A stretch of 63,803 bases of DNA, counting the filler, from Parasitella parasitica NRRL 2501 (lineage: Eukaryota; Fungi; Mucoromycota), in the NCBI GenBank assembly GCA_025201805.1. It is 14 parts of 14 records of this genome, joined end to end, with 100 filler letters (N's around TTAATTAATTAA, not from the genome) between each part and the next. Parts side by side here need not be neighbours in the genome. Positions count along the whole stretch, not along the records: positions 34,463 to 36,578 come from MU619579.1; positions 36,679 to 62,410 come from MU619381.1; 12 more parts are not named here. One strand, given 5' to 3'. Both the position numbers and the translations under genes were made by a program. The notes beneath the pieces were generated by a model that saw only the letters and a program-made list of their open reading frames with translations, had not been told where the DNA came from and searched no databases. Below are positions 34,646 through 48,523 of this stretch, piece by piece (position 1 is the first letter of the stretch; each line of letters begins with the position of its first letter).

Positions 34646-35993
34646 ACAACATTTTGCTGTACATTTTATATTGATGGGAAAACGGAGATGCTCTTCAATT
34701 TGTAAAGAGAACCTATTCCAAATTATAAGAGAAAACAGAAGTTTTCTTAAGAAAGATCATACATAATTTATTACTCAATAGTTGCTTTGGCAGACTCAAA
34801 TTGAGGGACTCGATCTCTAGGAATAGGGGATGAAAGCGTTTGGTGGCATATGTAGTTTATCTGACCTTTAAAAAGAGTTTGTGTGATTACCGAGATACTT
34901 TGTGATAAATTTGGCATCAAATATGCAATCAAAAAGCTTCGAAGAAGATTTTTTTTGACAAACTGAACGATTTAGAACAAAAAATGCGCTTTTTTTTAAA
35001 ATTCAGCTGCGTGCTCAATCAAAAGCTTTGGAAGTATAGCTGTTAACTATACCATGACATATCAGCATAGAATCATCTCTCTTTTCGGAAATCAGTACTA
35101 AAAGATAAATCAGAATCTCTAAATTTTGTATAAAAAGCACAACATACCATTTAGCCGTAATATTTTCAAAATTTTACTGCTGTATGTCGTAGATTTCTCA
35201 ATTTCGCTTGTTTATATTGAGCAGTGTTGTAGAAACAAGAGAAACAACCCACATGTCAATTATATTACACCATTCGAATACTACAATGCATTCAGACTTG
35301 GCTGTCATAACTAAAAGTCTAGAGAAGAACTATGAGAGTTGAAATAACCGTTTTTCCCTGTTTGTCCTGTTTTCATCAAGTCTTCAAATTGAAATAACTT
35401 TTCATTGAAACAAGCAATTTTCAAAACACAAAAAGTATTATATTCCTTAACATCAAGGTTATCTTATTTACATAGCTTTGGTGCACCAGATTACAGTTTT
35501 TCTTTTAATTTTGTCACTTTACATTGTTTACTCGTTTGGATGCATTTACTGTGCACGCGAAAATACAGTCACTGTTAGGCGTAGCAACCCATCCCCCCCT
35601 TTTTTTTTGCTGCTTCTACTTCTGTTACTACACTATTATTATGCTACTACACTATATATACTATATATTCTTATCTTTGATTATCTACGATGCAAATGCA
35701 TGCACTTTGTGTTGATTATTGCTGGTATTACACGTTATACCTCTTTGATTTTGGGTAAAGTCTTTTTTTTCTTTAAAAACCAGTAACTATATTACTCACG
35801 TTTTCTAAACAACCATAACTAACACTCTCATACGCGTTTTTTATAGTACCTATCACAAGAAAACAATATACAAGATGGCGTGTTTCTAGTGCAGTAGTTC
35901 ATTCAGGTATTATCATTTATTATGTTTTTGTAAAAGCTTTTTTATTAACTGAAAAATCTCTTTTGCTTTACATTTAGGTTTGGTTCTCTCTTC

Positions 35994-36254
35994 GTGTCAA
36001 GTGGATGGCCTATCATTGAAACTTGACATAAGGTCTTTATCCGGGTCATACAGGAGCATGTAGGCTGCTTCTACTCATCGACTGTGCTTACCCTAGCAGT
36101 TCTTGAGATGGGCCATTTTATCCGAAGCTAGGAAGTGCGGTAAGGCATTTTTTGGCTTTTAGGGGTGGTATTCCTTGAAATTCTACCAATTTCTATTCTT
36201 GGTCGAATTTCAAGCCCCGCCTAACATCAAAACAGGGGGAAACCCTGTTTTTTT
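35994..36254 (+). ncRNA. Putative structured RNA of unknown family
   Basis: Several consecutive stems, 10-bp loop-loop complementarity, a terminal hairpin followed by a T-run, and no ORF. Confidence 0.45.
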
Positions 36255-37398
36255 GTTTTTAGGATTTTAGGGTTGACTTAGCCAAATTAATCCTGATTTT
36301 ATGAGAAAAACAGAAATGAAAAAAAAAAAAAAAAATAAACAGAATTAAAAATACATAATCATCTTCCCACTTCATTTTAGCATAGACAATCAGCATGCCA
36401 GTACTTACAAATTGAAACTTAGAGCTGGTTTACAACAAACATATAATGCTCTTTTGCTCCATTTGTTATATCAATAACATGGCAAGCTCTCACATCAGGA
36501 TCTCAGATCAGTCCTAGGGTCTTACAGAAAATCATATGGGTATAGTCATGATTTACATTATGCAGATAGACAGTAGAANNNNNNNNNNNNNNNNNNNNNN
36601 NNNNNNNNNNNNNNNNNNNNNNTTAATTAATTAANNNNNNNNNNNNNNNNNNNNNNNNNNNNNNNNNNNNNNNNNNNNACCTTGTGTATGTCTCAATATG
36701 TATCGATAGCCGGGATACTGCATAATAAAACGAACTCAAAAACCATTTATGTAAACCTTCATTTTTGGATAAAAAAGTACATACCACCAATTCAAAGATA
36801 TAACCTTTTTTCACGCTTATACCCACAATTTGCAATTGCTGCTATCTCTACAAACTATTAAGCGATGAGGATACAACTTTCAGCCAAAATATTTTCCATT
36901 TGAACTCTTCTATAGCAAAATATCCAATTCACAAATATTTTTGATCATTATTCAGATTTTGCTATATGTTTGGACGCCACACCTTCTATTCAATTTTCAG
37001 TTTTCTACTTTGGGTCAACCTTCAGGCTCATTTTAAGGTACTACGGATTTGGGGTCCAAAAATAATATACATCCTAGTACTGGTACAATAATTATACTTT
37101 TCCACGCTTTTCGAATTCGAATATCTATCACTTGGTTGTCGAGATACCGCTAAAACAAGATTTTGCTGATTTTTAGCAACTTACGTGGATAATGATTGAT
37201 CAAGATTTAGTTTCAGTACGGTATGAATAAAGATATCATGTCTTGTGTCTATAAAAGTCTCCGTTTGTGTATCTGGAGATTTATTTAGAAAGTCTTTTTC
37301 ACGTTAATATAACACTCAATTGCAACTGGTATACATTTTTTAACAAAATTAAAGGCCAAGCTACACTACGTATAAACTAGGAGGTTAATAAAATGTAT

Positions 37399-38385
37399 TT
37401 AATTAGAGTCTTCTGCAGTTTCCAGCAGTTTATTGACCAAGAACTTTTCTGATATATCCCAAAGCCGCTTCGCCATTTCTTTGTTGTCGGCTTGTTCATT
37501 AAGCACAGATCTGTTTATTGCATTATCAGCATAAAATTCCCCTTTTTCGACTTCTGGTGAGACACAACAGAAAATGCTTGTGGATGCACCTATATTCACG
37601 TATTTGAACCGAAGAATTTCCTTGAATAACGTCAAAAACCCTCTTGTACTACGGATAAACTCCCAAGCTGCGTAGAGATCAAGATGACGACCAAGATTAG
37701 AATCAACAGCACCTGGATGAACACTGGTCACTGTTATATCTACGCCTTCAGCATCAAATTTACGTTGCAGTTCTTTAGCGAAAAGAATGTTGGCGAACTT
37801 CGCTTGGCCATACGACATCATTGGAGCGTAGTAACGTTCTGCATTGAGATTAGTGAAATCGAGACCTTCTTTGGTCAAAAAATGATAGTTAGCACTAGAA
37901 CTTAGACATACTACTCGGGCACCAGGAGCACTTTGTTTTAATTTGTTCGTTAATAACTGTGTAAGGTAGAAATGGCCCATGTGATTGACTCCAAATTGCA
38001 CCTCAAAGCCATCTTTTGTAAATGACTTGGGACCAGCCATAACGCCAGCATTGTTCACAAGCAAATTAAGTGGTAAATAAAGCTCAAAAAATGCATCTGT
38101 AAATGATCTGATTGAAGATAAGTCTGATAAATCCAATTGCAATGGGACTAATTTGGCTTCGGGTACTGATTCTTTAATGATCTTGATAGCAGCATGAGCC
38201 TTTTCAAGAGTTCGACATGGAATAATGACTGTAGCTCCAGCTAAAGCAAGTACCCGTGCGGTTTCCAAGCCGATGCCAGAGTTTGAGCCAGTAACTATGG
38301 CAACTTTGCCTGTCAAGTCAGTCTTGTACAATTTTACCAGATCTTCTGCGGAAGTGTTCCATTTAATTTGAGTATTTTCAGTCAT
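37399..38385 (-). CDS. Short-chain dehydrogenase/reductase (retinol dehydrogenase/WWOX-like)
   Basis: TGSNSGIG, NNAG, YGQAK (YxxxK) and HPG; intronless, 328 aa. Confidence 0.95.
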   Translation of the reverse strand: MTENTQIKWNTSAEDLVKLYKTDLTGKVAIVTGSNSGIGLETARVLALAGATVIIPCRTLEKAHAAIKIIKESVPEAKLVPLQLDLSDLSSIRSFTDAFFELYLPLNLLVNNAGVMAGPKSFTKDGFEVQFGVNHMGHFYLTQLLTNKLKQSAPGARVVCLSSSANYHFLTKEGLDFTNLNAERYYAPMMSYGQAKFANILFAKELQRKFDAEGVDITVTSVHPGAVDSNLGRHLDLYAAWEFIRSTRGFLTLFKEILRFKYVNIGASTSIFCCVSPEVEKGEFYADNAINRSVLNEQADNKEMAKRLWDISEKFLVNKLLETAEDSN

Positions 38386-38580
38386 ACTTTTTTTTTTTTT
38401 TTTTTTTTTNNNNNNNNNNACAGCAAGAAAGGAGAAAAGAAAATCAATAATACTGGGCTGGTGCTGCTTTTAGGCATAGGCGATTTGGTGTTACATAACA
38501 AAAAGTGAAGCACTGCAGCAAGCAGACGATAATGCTCATCTTTGCATGAAATATGATTTTAATTTTATTAAAACACTACA

Positions 38581-41500
38581 TTATTTCTTATCGTTTTCGA
38601 TAGATGATGAATTCAAGCTACTTTTTTTGGTAGTCGATTTTGCACCAAGTTTTGATGTAGTAGTAAAAGTATGTGAAGAAAATGACTGTCTAGTTATCGA
38701 TGAAGATGATGAGAAGATAGATGGATTTTGAGCCGCAAAAGGCTTCTTTTCAATTAATTCTTGTGTGGGAATACTTGCATCAGCTATGATATTGTTCAAG
38801 TTGGCTTCTTGAGCTTCTAAAGTCGTGGTTTTCTTTTGAGACTTCGTAGCCGAATTTGGGCTATTCAGAGCGAATCCATTGTCCACTATCTCCTTAGTAG
38901 TGTCATTAGTTATTGTTGAACCTTCGTCAAGACCCTCCTTTGACATTTCTATGGCAAGTTCAGCTACATGAGGCTTTTCACTCGTTTCTGTGGAATGTTC
39001 AATTGTTTTATCAAGTGCTGATCGAATTTTGATTCCATCTAACGTTAAATGGGTATCTTTCACACCAACTTCAGTGCTCTCTTTCTCTTTCAGCTTCTCT
39101 TTCAGTAATCTATCCTGTTCCAATTTCTCACGTTCAGCATGCAGTTTTCTTTCTCGCTCTTGATTTGCGAGTTTATGCTTTTTTGCATAAGGATCCTCTT
39201 TGACAACAATTTCAGTGCTCAAAGTCTTGATTTCTTCAGCAACATCCTCAGAAGGTATCAAATCAGATTGATATATGGGCAGTTTGTGATTTTTATCAAA
39301 GCCAAAGTTGGCGGTGTAAGATGTGTGATCCCACATTAAACTGAACGGTTGGGGTTCTTTGGCTTCGCCGTATTGATACAGGTGAGCAGGTTTTTTGCGT
39401 GGAGCATCACTAACTTTGGGTCCACCTGTAGATTCAGGCATATCAGACGCATCATCGACTTTTTCACCAATTACTAAAGCCCTTAATCTCTTCTGCGCCT
39501 CTTGGATTACATGGTCATCATAGAAGGCTAAAAATTCCGTTGGCGAATCATCATCACTTTTTTCGTCAATAATTTCGTTCGAGTCCAAGGTAATTGGTTG
39601 TGATGAATTGATTGAATCCGCTTGATTGTTGGCGGCAGCAAAATAACGTCTCTTAAATAGCGTTCCCCGAGATAAATCCAATTCAGCTTCTAACATGGAT
39701 GCGACAGCAGCTTGAGGCTGAGCCAGCATGAGAGAAGCACGCTGCTGTTTATACCGCTCTTTTTCCAATTCGATTTCTTTGCTTAAATCCGACGATGACA
39801 TGCTACGGGCAAGAGGTGTACGAGGAGACGATTCACCAGAAGCAAGCGCACTAGGCAGATCATATTCTTCATCATCCCAAGTGGATCTAAATGCATACTT
39901 TTTCTTGGTAGTTTTACTGGTGGGAACAGATTCAAACTTCGTAGCAGTAGATGATATAGGTTCAGTGGCGATAGCAGCCTCGTCTTTTTCTAGTTGTTCT
40001 TTAGCTGTCTTGATAAGAGCTTCTTGGAGTGATTGGCGAAGAACCATACTTTCACTACGTTCCTTGAGCTTATTCAATGCATCAAAAGGATCCCATTTAC
40101 TATCAGTAGGAGGCTCGATCAGGGATTCATTCAGAGAATACTTTGTGTTATTCAAAAAGTCAGGCGTCGTAGTAAAATCGTGTTCTTCTTCTTGCTCATT
40201 AAAATAGTCATCAGCAGCAAATTCATCCGGTGTCAAGCCAATGGCGGGTGTAACAGCCGCAGACGTATAAGGCGTTTTACGGCTAAACATGGAAGATGAA
40301 GCAGCGAATAGTTTCTGGGATTGTTGAGCAGTATTGCTGTTATCAGCAGGTATAGTGAATGTCGGAGCAGTGATGATATTATCTGCTACTGCACCTGCTA
40401 TTTTTTTTGTTGGCGATGGCAACGATTTATTGATGACAATCACTGAATTACGTCTACTGTTGGACACGCTAGCTCTTCTACTGCCACTACGGCTATTTGA
40501 TCTACTTCCCGCACGGCTGTTTGCTCTGCTTCCAGAGGGGGATGGCGTGTACATGCCAGTCAAACGACTCGTAGACTTGAAATTGATGGGAATCAAATCA
40601 CGATCACTTTCTTCTTGATCGTCGTCTGCATTCAAAGAGGCAATAAATTCATCGATCCTGCTTTGAGCAGCTGGGCTCATCATGGCATCAATGGCAAACG
40701 TGGGTTGCCCATCTTGCTCTAAATGTTGATCCTCTTCTTGAGGGTGACTCAAAGATGATTCAGTGCGTTCTTTTTCTGTTGACGTTTTAGGTGGCGGTTG
40801 ACTAGAAAAAAAACAAATAAACATCATGCATCCTTCCCTGGCACCATAGGCGCTAGGTTTTTCATGAAACTTACATTATTGCATCCTCATGTTGGCTTTC
40901 GTGATGGTCAACAATAATACTTGGACTATGTGTAGGTGTTTGAGATGGCCTTGAGGGTGGCTTGTGGTGATCTCGATGGTGTTGTTCATGATGCTGTTCA
41001 TGGTGCTCATTGTAGTGTTCTTTGTGGTGTTCTTTGTGGTGTTCTTTGTGGTGCTCTTCGTGGTAGTGATGGTCGTCTACGTGGTGCTGTTGTTCTCCAG
41101 CATGATTGTCTAAAGATGACAAAGATTAGGCTAAAATTAAAGGTTTTTCTTGTACGACCGAGACCATCTGTTAACGTACCATAGGGATGTTCATCTGGTT
41201 GTTGATGGGGTTGTTCATCTTGCCAGATGCGGGTAGCAATTGGAAAGTGATCTGGCTTATTGTCCCAAGGAAAGGAAGGAGGGTGCAGGGGCTCTTGATG
41301 ATAATGTTCGTGCTGATGAATGACAGGCTCTGGCACAGCTTCGTGGTAGTGACGAATGATCGGTTCTGGCTCGGGTTCAACAGGAGGGATGAATTCATGG
41401 TGAATAGGAGGGTAAAGAGCAGTGGGAGAATATTCGTTAGGATTGTAACGAGAATACTCTGGTTTTGACATGATTTGGGGTTCAGGGCGATGCTCTGGTG

Positions 41501-43082
41501 CCACCCAACAATTCGGCTGTTCGTTTCGAGGTTGGTCCCACACGTTTCGAAAAAATGATAAATCGGGAATATCAGCTCCAAGCCTTCCTGCGTTGGGCGG
41601 TTCCTGATATGCGGGATCCCATTCAATCATAGAGTATTCCTGCTCATGGCGATTGTGGTGCTCCTCCTGGTGATGGTCGCGGTGCTCATGCTGTTGAGCG
41701 TGGTGTTCATGGTGCGTATTGCTATGCTGTTCATTTTCTCTCTAATACAGCGTATTAGGTCATCTATGTTTAGCTGCCTTCACATTTGACATACCTTTTC
41801 TTGTTCTTCCCGCGATTTCTCTTGTTCTTCCCGACGTGTAGTCTCTTCTTGGCGTCTTTGCTCCTCTTCTCGGCGTCTAGCTGCATCGTGTTCTTCTCTG
41901 CATCTAGCTTTCTCCTGTTCTTCTACCTGTCTTCTTCTTTCAGCTTCCTTAATCAGCCAGTCTGGCTGACCAATCGTAATTGATGATACTGGTGGCATCG
42001 GTTGGATCTGTCTGCGATGATCATCCAAATCGATTTCCTGATTGGCCCAAGCGTTTGGTAAACTTTCGTCAAAAGATACAATAGGGTGTGTCTGAAAACC
42101 ATTGTCAAACTTATTAGATTCCCCAGAGAGTAGGTGGTATGGCGAAGTCTAGTGTATGATGGCTAAAATTAGCCGACTTGATTAGAAACAAGTTTCAACT
42201 TACCTGGCCGTAGTATGTATCCCAAGTGTCCCACCACGCTTGAATCATATGCTTCGTACCTTCCCATGTGTTCCCTAATGGCAATACTCGGCCGTCTGCG
42301 AATCTCTGATACTTCCAAGGTTTATTTTCTCCAATAAAATGCACGATGGAGATGTTTTGGCCAAATTCATTTTGAGCAGGCGCATATCTGTTGTCATACA
42401 ATGAGTAACCCCATTCAACTTTACACGCTGTTATCCTACCCATATTGAGACGTCGGTGTGGTGTTGAATGTGAATGGCAATCTATTTGCCGGAGATGTGG
42501 GCCAAGAATCAAAGAAACTGTTCAAAAGCCCTTGATCGCCGCCTAAAGAAAAAGAAAAAGAAAAACTATGAGCACGTACGGTTGCCATCCTTGGATCATG
42601 AAACATTTACCATCAAAAGATCCTTTATCGATAGCTAGCTGACATAATCCATGGTATATCGCATCGGATGGCTCAGTAACGAACACGCCACTATTAAAGC
42701 AATCGGGCCAGCCAGCATCAGGGGCAGCAGAAAATGACGGTCTTTCGAATAATTGATCTATGTTCAGAATTGGATATGTATCAGCATCCAAAAAGACGAC
42801 TTTCTTGTATTGAGTCAATTTCCAAAGCTGTATCTTGGTGAATGTAACGTCTAATTCTGGCCTACCAAGTAATTGGAGGTTTTTGTGATCTTCAGAGCGC
42901 AGTGTATCAACTTGGATAACAGTGCAAATCTTTGACAGGATATCCTGAACTTGTCTCGAAATATTAGGTGTCACTAGACAGACAATTTCTTTCTTTGACC
43001 CAAGATCTCTTAATCTGTGGGCCAAGACAAGTGCTCCGGAAGCATAAGAATCTGTTGCGACTAGAGTCACATACGCTTCCAT
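38581..43082 (-). CDS. Glycogenin (GT8) with very long His-rich and acidic C-terminal extension, multi-exon
   Basis: MEAYVTL, FTKIQLW, FLDAD, APDAGWPDCFNSGVF, GSFDGGDQGLLN and VHFIG..KPW. Downstream exon-like ORFs continue to 38581; joining them is inferred. Confidence 0.85.
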
Positions 43083-43293
43083 TTTTGCAAAATGTGTGAA
43101 AATATGGAAAGAGGCAAGGGAAAAAGGTAAACAAATGAAAAACGAGTTTATTTTGCGGCTGTATGTTTTTGTTGTGCCACAAGATATTTTATTACTGGTT
43201 GTGTGTGAACATGTCTGTGTGTCGGTAAGGCCATGTTCAATCATCCCATCAGAGGCATCTCACCTAAGGATCTCCGCGAAATGTTTTACCTTG

Positions 43294-44200
43294 TTACAAA
43301 AGTTTCAAACCTCCGCTTACTTTATCGACCAATTCAGCAGGCCCTGTTCATATCAACGTTTAGAGGATGAGTATGCTTCAACCAATACACATCTTACCAG
43401 GTCCAACACCAAGAACTGTACGAGATCCTGGAGCAATTTGTGTACGGCCAGCATCTTGAATGGTTTGAGCAGGTAAACCAAGGCTGAGGGCAACAGCTTG
43501 CAATTCGAGTCTGGAAAACTGTTTATTAAACCACGCTATCCGTTACGAATTAAAGAACTCACAACTTGTCTTCGCTATCACATTTCAAGGCGACTTTAGC
43601 TTGGCCCGAGGTTTCCCAAGCTCTCAGTAACTATTCGCAACTATTTTGTTAGGTGTGCTAATTGAAAAATGACCCACAAAAATTGCTTACCAAAGGGTTA
43701 ACCTTTTTAGCTGCTTTATAACAAGCCAAAGTAGCATGTCCACACTATTGCACAATTATCTAGTATGGTGTTCTATCAAAAGGTGTGTTGCTATTAGCGT
43801 ACCTGAGCTGCAATTTTGCCTTTAGTCATACCCAGATCTGAGCGGACGACAAGTGTCTTGCAAATATTGCATGTTAAAATTGTGTTGACTCATCAAATAA
43901 AAGCCAAGCAACGGTTTACCAGTTTAAAGTTATCGTATTTGTTCACATCAATTTGGCCTTCGGGCAAAACATCTAATTCATCTTCGCTACCTTCGTCCTC
44001 TTCTTCCGTATGAATAGTGACCTTCTGGACAGCTGATGCATCAGACTGATGGCAAACATTGACATTAGCTGATGCTGCTGATTAAAACAACGTTGTTTGC
44101 TTACATTTTGAGAGGTATGCTTTCCAATCAGATAACCAGTAATTAAGGAGGCAATGGCAGTAATCACTGTGGCAGACACCATTATTCTCTGCTGCTTCAT
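43294..44200 (-). CDS. PTH2: Peptidyl-tRNA hydrolase 2, multi-exon
   Basis: N-terminal hydrophobic segment, then [49 protein letters not shown] and GGLKLL*. Confidence 0.93.
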
Positions 44201-45743
44201 AATGATACAAACAAAATACGTATCGAGAGATTCAGCAAACAAAAAAAAAAAAAATTGAGCCTTTACAAGCTTAAACCGTCACTAAACTGATGAAGAAGGT
44301 CTTCCTCCACATGGAATCTATTAATCGGCAATGCTTTATTCACAACCCATATGAACATTTATATTCTCTTTTTCACAAAAATGTCTGAAAAAGGCATTGG
44401 TAATTTTACAGTTTAGTTTTAGTTTTATTCAATGGCAAAACTATTTGTATAGCTTAATCATTTAGAGATGAACAATTGGAGACCTTTTACTCAGCCTATG
44501 AACTGGAAGTTAGATGCGGATCTTGTGAACCAGCTTCTATTAAATAACAAAAAAATCGTTAATCTGATTGTTCAATCTCTACTTGGTGTTTTATGTTTGG
44601 TTTTCAGTAGGTTTATTTATAGTGTATTTTTCCTCACAGAATGAAAATAATGAAAGATAAGCACAAGTAGTTGTTCCTGTTCAAAAGGAAATTAGTCAAA
44701 CTTTAGTGTTAAAATACAATCCCCTGTCAACTGATTTGATTATCTCTAGTAGCTCTAGACTAGACAAAACGGTTGATTTAGATATAAATATAAATGTAGA
44801 TTCATCTCACAAATTAATCAAATCCGATTTTTGGGCTCCAGAGTGCTTATTGTTTTCTACCTGATTCAATTAGCACAACTCTCAATAACAAATATACGGA
44901 TGCGCTTATCGCATTATGTCAATACATACCTAATCCGAACAAAATGCTCTCCTTTCCGTCCAATACTGAACGTCAAATTCCCCATTTGATTTGTGAGGTT
45001 GAATGTTTTGATAGTTAAAACCAATATACAATACATGGTATCATCAATTCAGATGAACCTTCAGCCGTATGGTTTCGAAACAATACAACAAGGGCTCGTT
45101 GCCACCCAAATGATTTCCATTCAGATATAATAACAAATGGTAAAATATCAGCTTATTTTTTATTGTTCATATATTTGCAAATTATTCCCTTTCATTAATA
45201 CGCTTTTTTGCTTGGTAGCTGGGGATTTTCATTGTACTTAACGAGGTATATGATTGAAAGAGAATTGATTCACATAGGGCAAATACAAGACACTATCAAG
45301 GCTACAATGTATACGGGACAGTGTTTGAAGAAATTGTCGTGTATTCTAGATCTGCATGAGGTTGGTTCTAAATAAATAGAGACAGCGGAAATTTAGCTTA
45401 TAAATTTTTGCAAAATAGTTCACCATGCGTACTTTCTCATGGTATATATACATGCAAGATGTTTAGAAAGTCTGATGAAAATCATGCCACTGACTTGTTC
45501 TTTGGAACAGAGTGTCTAAATAGTAAGTATTACACATATAATTTTCAGATTTCAGATCAACATTAAACTCTTTTTCGCAAGCTCTACATATCTTTTTACA
45601 ATATCAATGCTACTCGTTCTTGTTTCTCAAGTCGTGCTCAATAGTCTGCATAACTGCTAATTTTATGATGATGTGACCAGCATAATGATCTATCAAAAAT
45701 AGACCAAACGCCAAATTCACGCGCTCCCCTTTTCTCCCTCATA

Positions 45744-46758
45744 ATGTCGTCGTCGGAAATTCTTAATGGAGATGAAAATCTCTCTTCAACCAACATTGAG
45801 CTTGATGACACAGTCGAATTGAAGAAAGTGAATCATCCTGACCTTGTAGAAATCAACGATGCATTCGATAATTTGGAAATAAACCCGATGCTAAAAAGTA
45901 TTGCAGCAACAAATGAACTTAATGTTACCTGGCAAGAATTGCAGCTAATATTAGAAACACTGGTCAAAAAGGTATATTGGAATGCGCATGTGTGTCTATA
46001 CAAGATGAATGGCTCATTCTGTGGCAAAATATAGCAAGCTGCGATCATGGAGGACAAAATTATGGACAAAAATGCTAAAAAGGATGCAGAAGAATTAGCT
46101 TTAAAAATTGGCCACAGTATTAACGACCATTTGAAGTAAGCAATCAATATCCAAATCGTTTATAAATGTCTTATTTTGATGACACAGCTGTCCATTCACT
46201 ATCCAACGTTTATGTGAGCTTGTCATTGAGCCAAAGAAGTACTACAAGATGTACATCAAATATTTACGTGCAGTTGAAAAGGTAACAAAATCCAATCTTG
46301 ACGTCTAAGTGATTGCACTCACACTTCTTTAGGTTTTATTAGTAACATCATATTGGGAAGACTATGCGCACCCAATAGATAAAGACGAAACTATGGATGA
46401 GTCTTCATCAGGAGAGAATCTGCTTTCTTCATTTAACAATTGTATTGAACTTGAACCACACAACTTTGTAATCAGCGAAGAAGTGGGAGAAGGAGACAAA
46501 CACAGTAAAAATAAAGAAGAAATTATAACAGAACAGATACAGGAGGAAACCAAGAAAGAAATCAAAGAACAATTTGTAGTAGAGAGTATTCAAAGTGACT
46601 ATGACGCTGAAAAGAGGGCCAGGGACGAGAAAGACGATGAAAAGGATTCCATGAACACTTTGGAACAAGAGGATGTCGTGATTGAAAAACTTGAATACAC
46701 TACTGCTCCTAGTACACCAACAGATTTAAATGAAGATAGCAAGATGGATTTAGATTAG
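45744..46758 (+). CDS. Protein phosphatase 4 regulatory subunit 2-like, multi-exon
   Basis: PFTIQRLCELVIEPKKYY...KYLRAVEK|VLLVTS, followed by an acidic tail. Confidence 0.85.
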
Positions 46759-48225
46759 AGAGAAAGAAAGAGACATACTGTAATGACGCTGTAAATTCAT
46801 GCAATAAAAATTAGTGTATACCGTAGATATTTCGGGTGAATCAAGTAAGCTCTCGGTTCTAGTAAATTTGCTCCCCATTATCTCGGGACCATCAACAATC
46901 GATAGCAAACAAGAAAATTGTATGTTCAAAAGAAGATAGGAGATGCGCAGAAACGTTTTTTTGCCGAGATTTCTTTAGTGATAATTTTCAGATTTTAGAC
47001 CAAATTGTAACATGAATTTACTATGGGTGCCTGAAAAAAAAAATAGTTATTGACAACGATTAAGGAATGAAATTTGTTTGTTACATTTAGTTTGAGCCGA
47101 TGATCTATTGTTATTCCATTATCAAGTAATGGGGAGGTCTAAGTAGTGCTTTGTATGCATAATAATAATGCGGCATTCTATAATAAAGAGGGAAAAACAT
47201 CGCAGTTTAATGAAGTTGATGTTCCATCACTTCATGTATGCATATCAAATGTGAATAAATCACAGCATTTCATCAGGGTTGTAATTCAAGTAGATTTCAT
47301 ACATGTATAACACGAGCTACAGGCCTTTATACAAATTAACTTATCACAGACTACAGCCATGTATTATTTGTTTTTGTAAAATATGTAAGATATACGACAA
47401 ACTTGAATCTGGTGCGTGAGCAGCATTCTTGCCATATTGTAATTGAGAATATCGAGGCATATAGAATGGCATAAATTTAATTTTTTTTTTCAGGAATGAA
47501 CATACACAAGAAAGAAAATAGGAGAAACAAGTACATGTTACAGGATCTCCGTGTGCTGCATTACATTTGTGGTAGTAACTCTTTACATGTCTTTCTAACT
47601 AATGTTTTTATCATTATTATGGCACTCCTATTTCTCGTTAATATGCCTTGCCTTGATATTTTAACTTTTCTATAGTTTTTCTTGATACATATTATAGATT
47701 CACAATATTATAAGAACCTTTATATTCCAGAAGGATCAGAATATGGTCTAATATTGTCAAATTAGAATATATGTGTACCATAACAAAGCTGTACATGTCG
47801 TGAAATATCACGTCGTTTTTCCTCTCTAGAAGTAGTTGAGCAAATGCATTGAATTTGAGCCCGAAAAAGGCTTAATTAAATAAAAACTCAAGATCCACCT
47901 CTGATCTTCTTCCTCTTCCCCCTTGAGATCATGGTAATTATACATTTTGTTGGAAACAGAAGCATCAACCAGATCCCCGGAAAATATACTATATCGGTTT
48001 CTATTTTATCATCTATTTCTAGGGAGCGATTGCACACCCAAATTTGTTGTCAACTATCAGGTTGTTACATATAACATGTAAAAAGAAAAAATCAAGTAAT
48101 CTTTTAAATAAGTTGGCTGTGAATCCAATATAAAGCACTATAACACTAGTAAACAAAAGGTTAAAAGCTACAGCTTATTAATACGTAAAACTACTCCCTT
48201 TTCACAGTGTGTTTCTGTATACGCG

Positions 48226-48262
<37 letters not shown>

Positions 48263-48523
48263 GAATTATCCATTACCCCTTAACATGTCCATTTTGTATT
48301 GTTATTATTCTTGGCCCGTGCGGCTGCATAACACAAAATAATAAAAACAATAATAAGTGAAAAAGAGTTCCGATCAATCCATTCCTTGATATTCACCGTA
48401 GAGATGGATGATAATTGCATATCTCCCCTTTTTTTTTCGTTTATAAGCCTTGAATCAAAATGAATCCTCACTCTTCTTTCTCTTCCCCCTTCTCTTATTT
48501 GAAACAAGCAATTTTTTTCATAC

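Noticed and set aside
36160-36230. U17/snR30 assignment for the structured RNA (GTATTCCT and ACA)
   Set aside because: The m2 motif AAACCAT is absent.
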